50,484 nt of DNA from an uncultured archaeon. Lineage in GTDB: Archaea; Aenigmatarchaeota; Aenigmatarchaeia; QMZP01; JAFGSV01. A program made the translations under genes and the position numbers. Shown in pieces: positions 35,094-42,292 of the stretch. The stretch is from assembly GCA_964616715.1 (NCBI GenBank), contig CAZTRL010000003.1, forward strand, positions 1-50,484, read 5' to 3'. The notes under the pieces are model-generated. The model saw only the letters and a list, made by a program, of their open reading frames with translations. It did not search any database and was not told the DNA's origin. How positions within the stretch are numbered: the first letter of the stretch is position 1; each line of letters opens with the position of its first letter.

Positions 35094-36385
35094 TACCAGC
35101 ACACCCCCTCGAAACCCGAGACGTTTGAAGGGTCCAGCATCCTTCTTCCTTCGATAACGATGTTCCCCTTCATGAGCCTGAAATCGTCATTCGTGAGCCG
35201 CCTCACCTCGTCCCACTCTGTCAGCAGAAGGCAGGCATCGCTGTCCTGTATGGCCGCCCTTGCGCTCATGCAGTACTCCACGCCGGGGAACTCCTTCCTG
35301 AAGTTGTCCGCGGCCTTGGGGTCGTATGCCTTCACGCGGGCCCCGGATGACAGCAGCTCGGAGACTATGGCAAGCGAAGGGGCTTCCCGTATGTCATCCG
35401 TACCAGGCTTGAAAGCAAGTCCAAGGACGGATACCACCTTGCCCCGCAGGGACGGCATGCGCCCGCGAAGCATATTGACTATGGTCAGGGGCTGCATGCG
35501 GTTAACTTCCTCTACGGCATCCAGGAGGCTCATCTTGAGTCCCTCCTTCTTCCCCTTCGCGATTATAGCCTTTACGTCTTTTGGGAAGCAGCTGCCTCCG
35601 TACCCTATCCCCGAATTGAGAAACCTCCGCTCTATCCTCTCGTCGAGGCCCATGCCGTCGGCGACCTCGTAGGAGTCTATGGACAGCTTCTTGCACAGGT
35701 TGCCCATCTCGTTTGAGAATGATATCTTCGTGGCGAGGAATGCGTTGCTCGCATACTTTATCATCTCCGCGGTCCTGGGATTGGTCTTCACCACGGGGCA
35801 ACTGAACCCCCTGTAAAGCGAATATACCCTCTCCGTGGACCTTTCGTCTATGCCGCCTATTATGACCCTTCCTGGGTTCATGAAGTCGCTGACTGCCATG
35901 CCCTCCTTGAGGAACTCCGGGTTCATCGCGACGCCGAAACCACTCCCGGCCTCCTTGCCGGAGGCCTCCTCCAGTATGGGGATTATAACACCCTCCGTGG
36001 TTCCCGGAACCACCGTGGACTTGACGACCACCGTATGGTACGTATCCTTCTTTCCGATAGCACTTCCCGTCTCCTCCGCAGCCTTCCTTATGTATGAGAG
36101 GTCTACTGTCCCGTCCCTCCTCGAGGGCGTCCCGACTGCGATGAAGGTGATGTTGGTCCCAAGAACTGCCTTCTCGAGACGGGTGGTAGCATGCAGCCTC
36201 CCGTGGCCTATGTTCTTCCGGAGCATCCGGTCCAGACCTTCCTCGTATATGGGTGCCACTCCGCCGTTTATCTTCTCTACCTTGTCCTCGACCACGTCCA
36301 CGAGGGTCACGTGGTTCCCGAGGTCGGCGAGGCAAGCCCCCGTTACCAACCCGACGTAACCGGAACCTATGATGGAGACTTTCAT
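35093..36385 (-). CDS. UDP-glucose/GDP-mannose dehydrogenase family, UDP-glucose 6-dehydrogenase-like
   Basis: In-frame ATG 36385 gives MKVSIIGSGYVGLVTGACLADLGNHVTLVDV. GYGGSCFPKDV is the catalytic Cys box. Length is 430 aa. The 192-codon upstream extension in the track (to 36961) overlaps the opposite-strand gene and is rejected. Confidence 0.9.
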   Translation of the reverse strand: MKVSIIGSGYVGLVTGACLADLGNHVTLVDVVEDKVEKINGGVAPIYEEGLDRMLRKNIGHGRLHATTRLEKAVLGTNITFIAVGTPSRRDGTVDLSYIRKAAEETGSAIGKKDTYHTVVVKSTVVPGTTEGVIIPILEEASGKEAGSGFGVAMNPEFLKEGMAVSDFMNPGRVIIGGIDERSTERVYSLYRGFSCPVVKTNPRTAEMIKYASNAFLATKISFSNEMGNLCKKLSIDSYEVADGMGLDERIERRFLNSGIGYGGSCFPKDVKAIIAKGKKEGLKMSLLDAVEEVNRMQPLTIVNMLRGRMPSLRGKVVSVLGLAFKPGTDDIREAPSLAIVSELLSSGARVKAYDPKAADNFRKEFPGVEYCMSARAAIQDSDACLLLTEWDEVRRLTNDDFRLMKGNIVIEGRRMLDPSNVSGFEGVCW

Positions 36386-36406
36386 AGCATTATTTTCAGA
36401 GTGTGG

Positions 36407-36417
36407 TTTATATATAG
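36407..36417 (-). promoter_or_regulatory. TATA box (tttatatatag region) in the 84-bp divergent spacer
   Basis: It is centred about 27 nt upstream of ATG 36385 on the minus strand. A second T-rich element (ttttttaga, 36441-36449) lies about 25 nt upstream of ATG 36470 on the plus strand. Confidence 0.45.
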
Positions 36418-36469
36418 TTTTGAGCGGCGCACTAGCCGGGTTTTTTAGACTGGCGTCCAATATTACTGC

Positions 36470-37303
36470 ATGAGGAAGAAGCGCATCTCGATGACGATAA
36501 ACCCGGAGGTGCTGTCGCGGATAGACTCCCTCGTGGACGGCAGGGACATAAGGTCGAGGTCCGAGGCGATAGAGTCCGTGATGTCGCAGTACCTCGAGGC
36601 TAACAAGACGGCAGTGTTCCTCGGCGGAGGGGACATGGGAAGCCTGATGATAAAGGGGACTCTCAAGCCCCTCATAAGGATAGGCGGCCGGGCGCTCATA
36701 GAGCACAACATAGAGCGGCTGAGGAGGTCCGGGTTCCGAAGGATATACATAGTAGGGAAGAGCGAGTTCATAGGGGAGTGTTTCAAGCTTCTCGGGAACG
36801 GGAAGGGAATGGGCGTTGGCATAGAGTACATAGAGGAGGCCAGGACGCTCGGGAACGCCAAGACGCTCCAGTTGGCCGAGCCCTACATGAAGTCCCCATT
36901 CCTTGTCCTGCCGGTCGACAATTTCTTCGACTTCGACCTGGACTACTTGTCGAGGGCTCACATGAAGTCCGGCGGGACGGCCACGCTTGCTGTGCAGTCG
37001 GGAAGGGATGCGAAGATAGACGTCGGGGTCGTCGAGATGATGGGAAACGGGATAATCAGCTATGAGGAGAGGCCTAAGAACCCCAAGACGTTCCTGGCCG
37101 CGACGTTCATAGGGATGTACGACCCGGCAATATTCGAGTACATACCGAAGGGGAGCGCCAAATGGGTGCTGCAGACAGACGTCTTCGGCAAGCTAATAAA
37201 GGAGAGGTCTCTCCTCGGGTGCATAGTCCCAGGCTTCTACATGAACATAGACACGGAGAAAGATGTGAGAGCCGTGGGCGAGTTCTTGGGAAGGAAAAAG
37301 TAA
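36470..37303 (+). CDS. Ribbon-helix-helix (CopG/NikR-like) DNA-binding domain fused to a nucleotidyltransferase-fold domain with a degenerate NTP loop
   Basis: 277 aa. KRISMTINPEVLSRIDSLVDG..RSRSEAIESVMSQYLE shows the RHH beta-alpha-alpha pattern. It is followed by AVFLGGGDMGSLMIKGTLKPLIRIGGRALIEH, which is NTP_transferase-like but lacks the GxGTRL Arg. Confidence 0.75.
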   Translation: MRKKRISMTINPEVLSRIDSLVDGRDIRSRSEAIESVMSQYLEANKTAVFLGGGDMGSLMIKGTLKPLIRIGGRALIEHNIERLRRSGFRRIYIVGKSEFIGECFKLLGNGKGMGVGIEYIEEARTLGNAKTLQLAEPYMKSPFLVLPVDNFFDFDLDYLSRAHMKSGGTATLAVQSGRDAKIDVGVVEMMGNGIISYEERPKNPKTFLAATFIGMYDPAIFEYIPKGSAKWVLQTDVFGKLIKERSLLGCIVPGFYMNIDTEKDVRAVGEFLGRKK

Positions 37304-37318
37304 TACTATAGTATTACT
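37299..37318. repeat. Perfect 20-bp palindrome agtaatactatagtattact spanning the stop codon of the RHH fusion gene
   Basis: Read directly: positions 37299-37308 are the reverse complement of 37309-37318. An extra gtaat half-site lies at 37321-37325 (GTAAT-N8-ATTAC-N3-GTAAT). Confidence 0.9.
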
Positions 37319-37331
37319 GTGTAATAAATAG

Positions 37332-37342
37332 TTATTTAAAAG
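37332..37342 (+). promoter_or_regulatory. TATA box (ttatttaaaag) for the second UDP-sugar dehydrogenase
   Basis: It is centred about 37 nt upstream of ATG 37374. The 10-mer tatttaaaag recurs at 41635-41644. Confidence 0.45.
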
Positions 37343-37373
37343 TCCCTGTCGTAACCTCATCTAAGGTGTTTTG

Positions 37374-38726
37374 ATGGGACTCAGGGAAAAGCTTCTTGCG
37401 GGGGACATGAAGATAGGAGTCTGGGGAACCGGATTCATAGGCTTCACTACGATGGCCAACATGGCATACAACGGCATAAGCTGCATAGGATATGACGTCG
37501 ACGAGGACAAGGTAAGGACCATAAACGAGGGAAAGATACCGATAGAGAATCTCGAGTACTGGCTCGGCTTCGACATAGAGAACCTCGTCGAGAGGGGAAT
37601 GCTCCGCGCCACGACTGACGTGGCTGAGATGATGGACCCGGCGATAGCAGTCCACTTCGTCTGCATACCAACGGAGAAGGGCGGAGAGCCATACGACAAC
37701 ATTCTGAAGGATGTCATCGGAAAGATTGCGGGGCTGAAGAAGTCGGGGCACAGCGAACCGCCTGTCGTGATAGTGGAGTCGACTCTCACGCCGGGGAGGA
37801 GCGACATGATAGTGCTCCCGATACTAAGGAATGCGGGAGTCGATGTCGGGAGGGACATGCTGTACGGCGTCGCGCCAAGGAGGGACTGGTTCGTCTCCCC
37901 GGAGAAGAGCCTGAAGAAGCTTCCCAGGGTGTTCGGCGGCACCACGCAGAAGACCACCGAGGCCATGAGGGATGTCCTGTCCCTCGTATGCGACAGCCTC
38001 GTGCCCGCCCCCGACCACAAGCACGCCGAGATGGTGAAGTCCATAGAGAACGCCTACAGGCACATGGAGATAACGCTTGCGAACCAGCTCTCGCTGGCAT
38101 ATCCAGACGTCAACATGACGGAGGTGCTGCGCCTCGTGGGGACGAAATGGAACATCGGGACGTATCATCCCAGCTTCGGGACCGGAGGCTACTGCATACC
38201 GCTCTCGAGCAAGTATGTGCTCCTCGGGGCGAGGCACCCGGAGAAGGTGACAATACTGAAGGAGACAATATCGTCCGACGGGCGCCAGCCTGAAGAGGTG
38301 GCGGCCAGCCTGAAGAGGCGCGGCATACGGAGCGTCGGGATACTGGGGCTCGCCTACAAGGGTGACATAAAGGTTACCATACTCTCCCCTACCATAAAGC
38401 TTGCAAAGGAGCTTTCGCGTCTTGGGATATCGGTGAAGGTCAACGATCCGTACTACACAGACGAGGAGATAAAGAGTGTATCGGGTGTCGGTTCCTTCGA
38501 CTTCCCGGACGGGCTGTCGGAGTTCGACGCCGTCCTGATAGTCGCCGACCACCAGCACTACAGGTTCACCCCGCACAACTCCATCCTTAAATCCCTTGGC
38601 TCGTGCAGGATAATACTGGACAATACCGAGATATGGAAGGACATAGACTTCTCATCGAGGGGTATAGAATACCATGTGGCAGGTGATGCGGGTTGGCTGG
38701 AGCCCCTGACTTCAATGAAGAAGTAA
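37374..38726 (+). CDS. UDP-glucose/GDP-mannose dehydrogenase family, UDP-N-acetyl-hexosamine 6-dehydrogenase-like (WecC/WbpA/Cap5O type)
   Basis: The track start 37371 is TTG and the ATG is at 37374. Motifs are KIGVWGTGFIGFTTMANMAYNG (Rossmann), GGYCIPLSSKY (catalytic Cys box) and VGILGLAYKGD (C-terminal domain). Confidence 0.8.
   Translation: MGLREKLLAGDMKIGVWGTGFIGFTTMANMAYNGISCIGYDVDEDKVRTINEGKIPIENLEYWLGFDIENLVERGMLRATTDVAEMMDPAIAVHFVCIPTEKGGEPYDNILKDVIGKIAGLKKSGHSEPPVVIVESTLTPGRSDMIVLPILRNAGVDVGRDMLYGVAPRRDWFVSPEKSLKKLPRVFGGTTQKTTEAMRDVLSLVCDSLVPAPDHKHAEMVKSIENAYRHMEITLANQLSLAYPDVNMTEVLRLVGTKWNIGTYHPSFGTGGYCIPLSSKYVLLGARHPEKVTILKETISSDGRQPEEVAASLKRRGIRSVGILGLAYKGDIKVTILSPTIKLAKELSRLGISVKVNDPYYTDEEIKSVSGVGSFDFPDGLSEFDAVLIVADHQHYRFTPHNSILKSLGSCRIILDNTEIWKDIDFSSRGIEYHVAGDAGWLEPLTSMKK
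38284..38318. repeat. 15-nt perfect direct repeat gccagcctgaagagg, two copies offset by 20 nt, inside the dehydrogenase CDS
   Basis: The copies are at 38284-38298 and 38304-38318. They are read in different codon phases (QPEE vs ASLKR). Confidence 0.9.
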
Positions 38727-39526
38727 GGCGCATAGTGCGCACGGCGCTGGCCGAGGACATAGGGAGCGGTGACATAACTACGGAGAGCACCGTGCCCTCA
38801 GGCATACGTGTCCGGGCCTCGATAGTCGCAAAGGAGAGCTGCGTCGTCTGCGGCCTTGACATCGCAAAAGAGGTGTTCTTAGGTATAGGGAAAGTCGATT
38901 TCGATAAGGCAGTGGACGACGGCGAGAGCGTGCCGGGGGGCCGGGAGATAGCCGTGGTTTCAGGCGACGCGCAGGTGATACTCAAGGGTGAGAGGACTGC
39001 GCTCAACTTCCTCCAGAGGCTTTCCGGCATAGCGACAGTCACAAGGAAGCTAGTCGAGAAGTCAGGGAGGAAGGCCATGATAATGGACACTAGGAAGACC
39101 ACGCCGGGCCTCAGGGTCATCGAGAAGTACGCGGTCAGGTGCGGGGGCGGCACGAACCACAGGAAGGGCCTTTACGACGAGATACTCATAAAGGACAACC
39201 ACATAAGCCTCGTGGGCCTCGGGAGCGCGGTCGCCGCCGCGAGAAAGACCGGGAAGGCCGTCGAGGTCGAGGCGAGGGACATGGGCGAGGTAAGGGAGGC
39301 TATTGCCGCCGGGGCCGACATAATACTTCTTGACAACATGCCTGCAGAAGAGATGGCCAAGGCCGTAGAGGAGATAGGCGGAAGGGCCGCCACCGAGGCC
39401 TCCGGAGGGGTCACGGAGGAAAACATAACAGAGATAGCGGCGACGGGGGTCGACCGGATATCCGTCGGCTCGCTCACGCACTCCGTCAGGTCCGTGGACA
39501 TAGGCATGTACATGAAGAAGGTGTAA
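38693..39526 (+). CDS. nadC: Nicotinate-nucleotide pyrophosphorylase (quinolinate phosphoribosyltransferase)
   Basis: 277 aa. Motifs are ALAEDIGSGDITTEST and DTRKTTPGLRVIEKYAVRCGGGTNHRKGLYDEILIKDNHI. The only available start is TTG 38693, which overlaps the upstream gene by 34 nt. Confidence 0.85.
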   Translation: MAGAPDFNEEVRRIVRTALAEDIGSGDITTESTVPSGIRVRASIVAKESCVVCGLDIAKEVFLGIGKVDFDKAVDDGESVPGGREIAVVSGDAQVILKGERTALNFLQRLSGIATVTRKLVEKSGRKAMIMDTRKTTPGLRVIEKYAVRCGGGTNHRKGLYDEILIKDNHISLVGLGSAVAAARKTGKAVEVEARDMGEVREAIAAGADIILLDNMPAEEMAKAVEEIGGRAATEASGGVTEENITEIAATGVDRISVGSLTHSVRSVDIGMYMKKV

Positions 39527-39527
39527 G

Positions 39528-40454
39528 TCACTTCCCCAGAAGCTCTTTCAGGCCGTCTTCGAGCCTCACGGCAGGCTCGTAACCGAGAAGCTTCCTTGCA
39601 AGGCATATGCTGGCACGGGAGTGCATGACGTCACCCTCCCTCGCTTCCTTGTAGTTTATGTGTGCCTTCTTTCCCGCTATGTTGCAGAGAATAGCGGCCA
39701 TGTCGTTTATGCTGACGCTTCTTCCAGTACCGATGTTTACGGTGCAGGAAGTCCCTTTGTACTCCGCGGCCAGGAGGTTGGCCCTCGCGACGTCCCTGAC
39801 GCTGACGAAGTCCCTGGTCTGCTTCCCGTCGCCGTATATGGTGATTGGATTTCCCGCGCTGATGTTCTTGGCGAATATGGATATGACACCCGAATAGGGG
39901 CTATCGGCGTTCTGCCTCGGCCCGTAGACGTTGAAGTAGCGAAGCGATGCCGTGTGCAGCCCGTAGAGCTCGCTGTAGAGGGTCACGTACCTCTCAGCCG
40001 AGAGCTTGGAGAGTGCATAGGGGGACTTGGGTCTCAGCGGGGCGCTCTCGTCGACAGGAACGCTATCGGGGTCCCCGTAGACGGATGAGGACGAGGCGAA
40101 TACCATCTTCTTCACACCGTGCCTCCTGCATGCATCGAGGACGTTAAGCGTCCCTCCGACGTTTATCCCCGAGTCCATGAGCGGGTCATCTATGGAGGCC
40201 TGTATGCGCACGTTGGCCGCCTGGTGGAAGACGACGTCGGCCCCCCTGAGGGCTGCCAAGACCGCTTCCCGGTCACGCACGTCGGCCTTTATGAGCCTCA
40301 TTCTCCCGCCGGGCGCAGGCATGTTCTCATTCTTCCCGGTCGAGAAGTCGTCGAGCACTGCAACGTCGTTCTTTTCGGAAAGTAGTTCAGCTATCCATGA
40401 GCCTATGAAGCCGCAGCCGCCGGTGACGACCACACGCTGTCCTTCCATCTTCAT
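39528..40454 (-). CDS. NAD-dependent sugar-nucleotide epimerase/dehydratase (extended SDR)
   Basis: In-frame ATG 40454 gives MKMEGQRVVVTGGCGFIGSWIAE. YALSKLSAE is the YxxxK motif. The track start 40553 would run into the divergent cupin gene. Confidence 0.85.
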   Translation of the reverse strand: MKMEGQRVVVTGGCGFIGSWIAELLSEKNDVAVLDDFSTGKNENMPAPGGRMRLIKADVRDREAVLAALRGADVVFHQAANVRIQASIDDPLMDSGINVGGTLNVLDACRRHGVKKMVFASSSSVYGDPDSVPVDESAPLRPKSPYALSKLSAERYVTLYSELYGLHTASLRYFNVYGPRQNADSPYSGVISIFAKNISAGNPITIYGDGKQTRDFVSVRDVARANLLAAEYKGTSCTVNIGTGRSVSINDMAAILCNIAGKKAHINYKEAREGDVMHSRASICLARKLLGYEPAVRLEDGLKELLGK

Positions 40455-40494
40455 AAGCTTAATAACCGCAAAACGACATAAATAACTGACTGTC

Positions 40495-40833
40495 ATGAAA
40501 TTCGGAATAGATGAGTTCAGGAAGGTAGGGAAAGTCGTCAAGGACAACGACACCTACACGGTGATAGACGTGAGGAAGCTCGATGACCTCGTGGTCTCGC
40601 TTACCGTCCTCCATCCTGGAAAGGAGACCGGCGGCCATTCGCATGACGATGCCGAGGAGGTCTACAACTTCGGGGAAGGGTCAGGCGAGATGGAGCTCGG
40701 CGGTCAAAGGTTCCCCGTCAAGGAAGGCAGCATAGTCATAATACCGAAGGGCGCCTTCCACAAGGTCTTCAATACCGGCAAGTCCGACCTGAAGTTCGTC
40801 TGCGTGTTCGAGAAGTACGGTGACAGGGACTAG
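40495..40833 (+). CDS. Small cupin-domain protein
   Basis: 112 aa. GHSHDDAEEVYNFGEGSGEMELGG...IVIIPKGAFHKVFN shows cupin motifs 1 and 2. The substrate is unknown. Confidence 0.7.
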   Translation: MKFGIDEFRKVGKVVKDNDTYTVIDVRKLDDLVVSLTVLHPGKETGGHSHDDAEEVYNFGEGSGEMELGGQRFPVKEGSIVIIPKGAFHKVFNTGKSDLKFVCVFEKYGDRD

Positions 40834-41576
40834 TCTTTATTGGAGAGGCAGGAATTCGCCTCGTTGTAGCATTCTATCGAGCCTATGTCGAACCATTTGT
40901 GGCTGGAATCGAAAACGAATCCCCCTACCATGGTCTTCGAGGCCAGCCATGATATGAAGAATCCCGGGGCGTCGGGATTTCCGCCCTCCGAGAGGTAGTC
41001 GTGTATCCTGCAGACGCTGCACTTAGGGAGGAAGTAGCAGCCAGTGCTCACGAGCGTCGTTGACGGGTTCTCCGGCTTCTCGCGGAACTCTTCTATCACG
41101 TTCCCTTCGCCGAGCCTGACGACGCCGTACTTACCCCTTACCTTCTCAAGGTTCTCCATGTCGTAGAGCGCCACGAGGGGCCGGCCGTTGTGGGATGACA
41201 GGAATGTGTCTATGCTGAAATCGAAGAGGTTGTCGCCGGCGACTACGAGAACGTCATCGTCTATGCGCTTTTCCCTGAGTATGAGACCGAGGGCGCCGAT
41301 TGCCCCGAGCTTCTCGTTCTCCGCCATGCTCTCCTCGGAGAACACCTCCACGTCCTTTTGGAAGCTGGACCCGGACGCCCACCTGTCGAAATGCGGCTGG
41401 AACCTGCGGTTGACGGAGACGTATATCGTGTCTATGGAGTCCACGGAGGAGAGCTTCTCAATTAGATAGTCTATCATGGGCTTCCCGGCTATCGGAAGGA
41501 GCGGCTTGGGCGTCTCCTTCGTCAGCGGCCACAGCCTCCGGGCGAAGCCGCCAGCAAGAACTATCGCCTTCATCAT
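40830..41576 (-). CDS. Sugar-1-phosphate nucleotidyltransferase
   Basis: 248 aa, starting MMKAIVLAGGFARRLWPLTKETPKPLLPIAGKPMIDYLIEKL. It shares a CTAG with the convergent cupin gene, which supplies TAG stops on both strands. Confidence 0.85.
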   Translation of the reverse strand: MMKAIVLAGGFARRLWPLTKETPKPLLPIAGKPMIDYLIEKLSSVDSIDTIYVSVNRRFQPHFDRWASGSSFQKDVEVFSEESMAENEKLGAIGALGLILREKRIDDDVLVVAGDNLFDFSIDTFLSSHNGRPLVALYDMENLEKVRGKYGVVRLGEGNVIEEFREKPENPSTTLVSTGCYFLPKCSVCRIHDYLSEGGNPDAPGFFISWLASKTMVGGFVFDSSHKWFDIGSIECYNEANSCLSNKD

Positions 41577-41600
41577 ATCACCGGTTTCGGAGTGGCAAGC

Positions 41601-41610
41601 AATTTAAATT
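41601..41610 (-). promoter_or_regulatory. Palindromic TATA element aatttaaatt for the nucleotidyltransferase gene
   Basis: It is centred about 29 nt upstream of ATG 41576 on the minus strand. Confidence 0.45.
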
Positions 41611-41631
41611 AATCGGCCAAATAATGCTTTA

Positions 41632-41661
41632 AAGTATTTAAAAGGCTGCTTTTAAATACTT
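41632..41661. repeat. Perfect inverted repeat: 13-bp arms aagtatttaaaag / cttttaaatactt with the 4-nt spacer gctg
   Basis: Read directly in the 114-bp divergent spacer. Each arm contains the tatttaaaag TATA-like 10-mer. Confidence 0.9.
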
Positions 41662-41664
41662 ACG

Positions 41665-41672
41665 TTTATACA
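41665..41672 (+). promoter_or_regulatory. TATA box (tttataca) for rpl10e
   Basis: It is centred about 24 nt upstream of ATG 41691, with leaderless geometry. Confidence 0.45.
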
Positions 41673-41690
41673 CAATGAGAGTGTGGTCAT

Positions 41691-42206
41691 ATGGCGCTGA
41701 GGCCAGCAAAATGCTACAGCACGGTGAAGAGGCCCAATACGAGGGTATCCAGGCGCAGGCCTAGGAAGTCATACGTCAAGGGCGTGCCTGTCCCGAAGAT
41801 AAGGTCGTTCGAGGCGGGCAACGCCAAGGAAGACTATAAGGTCAGGGCGTACCTAGTAACAAGGGACGCCGTGCAGATAAGGCACAACGCCCTTGAGGCC
41901 TCGAGGATAGCGGCGAACAAGAAGCTTGAATCGACGCTCGGAAGCGGGATGTACTTCATGAAGGTTCTCGTCTTCCCGCATCACGTCCTGAGGGACAACC
42001 CGATAGCGACGGGGGCCGGCGCCGACAGGTACCAGACGGGCATGCGGCTTTCCTTCGGGAGGCCGACCTCCACGGCGGCTCAGGTGAAGAGCGGGCAGAA
42101 CGTCATAGAGGTCCGCGTCCCCGTCGGCAAGGAGAGCGTCGCGAAGAGGGCGCTGAAGATTGCATCCTCGAAGATACCGGTCCCCTGCAACATAGTCTTC
42201 AAGTGA
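41691..42206 (+). CDS. rpl10e: 50S ribosomal protein L10e (uL16)
   Basis: 171 aa. MALRPAKCYSTVKRPNTRVSRRRPRKSYVKGVP is the typical L10e N-terminus. Confidence 0.9.
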   Translation: MALRPAKCYSTVKRPNTRVSRRRPRKSYVKGVPVPKIRSFEAGNAKEDYKVRAYLVTRDAVQIRHNALEASRIAANKKLESTLGSGMYFMKVLVFPHHVLRDNPIATGAGADRYQTGMRLSFGRPTSTAAQVKSGQNVIEVRVPVGKESVAKRALKIASSKIPVPCNIVFK

Positions 42207-42292
42207 TGGCCGCCCGGTTTCTTCGTGCAATGGAGCCGGTGATTTTTTCAATATTATAAATCTCGCCTGACAATATTCATATTGGTGTCCAC

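Noticed and set aside
36386-36961. A 192-codon N-terminal extension of the UDP-glucose dehydrogenase ORF (track 35093-36961)
   Set aside because: The Rossmann motif starts right after internal ATG 36385, which has a TATA box ~27 nt upstream. The extension overlaps the RHH fusion gene on the opposite strand and is proline/tyrosine-rich. The same logic applies to the extensions 5170-5664, 28797-28988, 40455-40553, 49337-49525 and 49345-49407.
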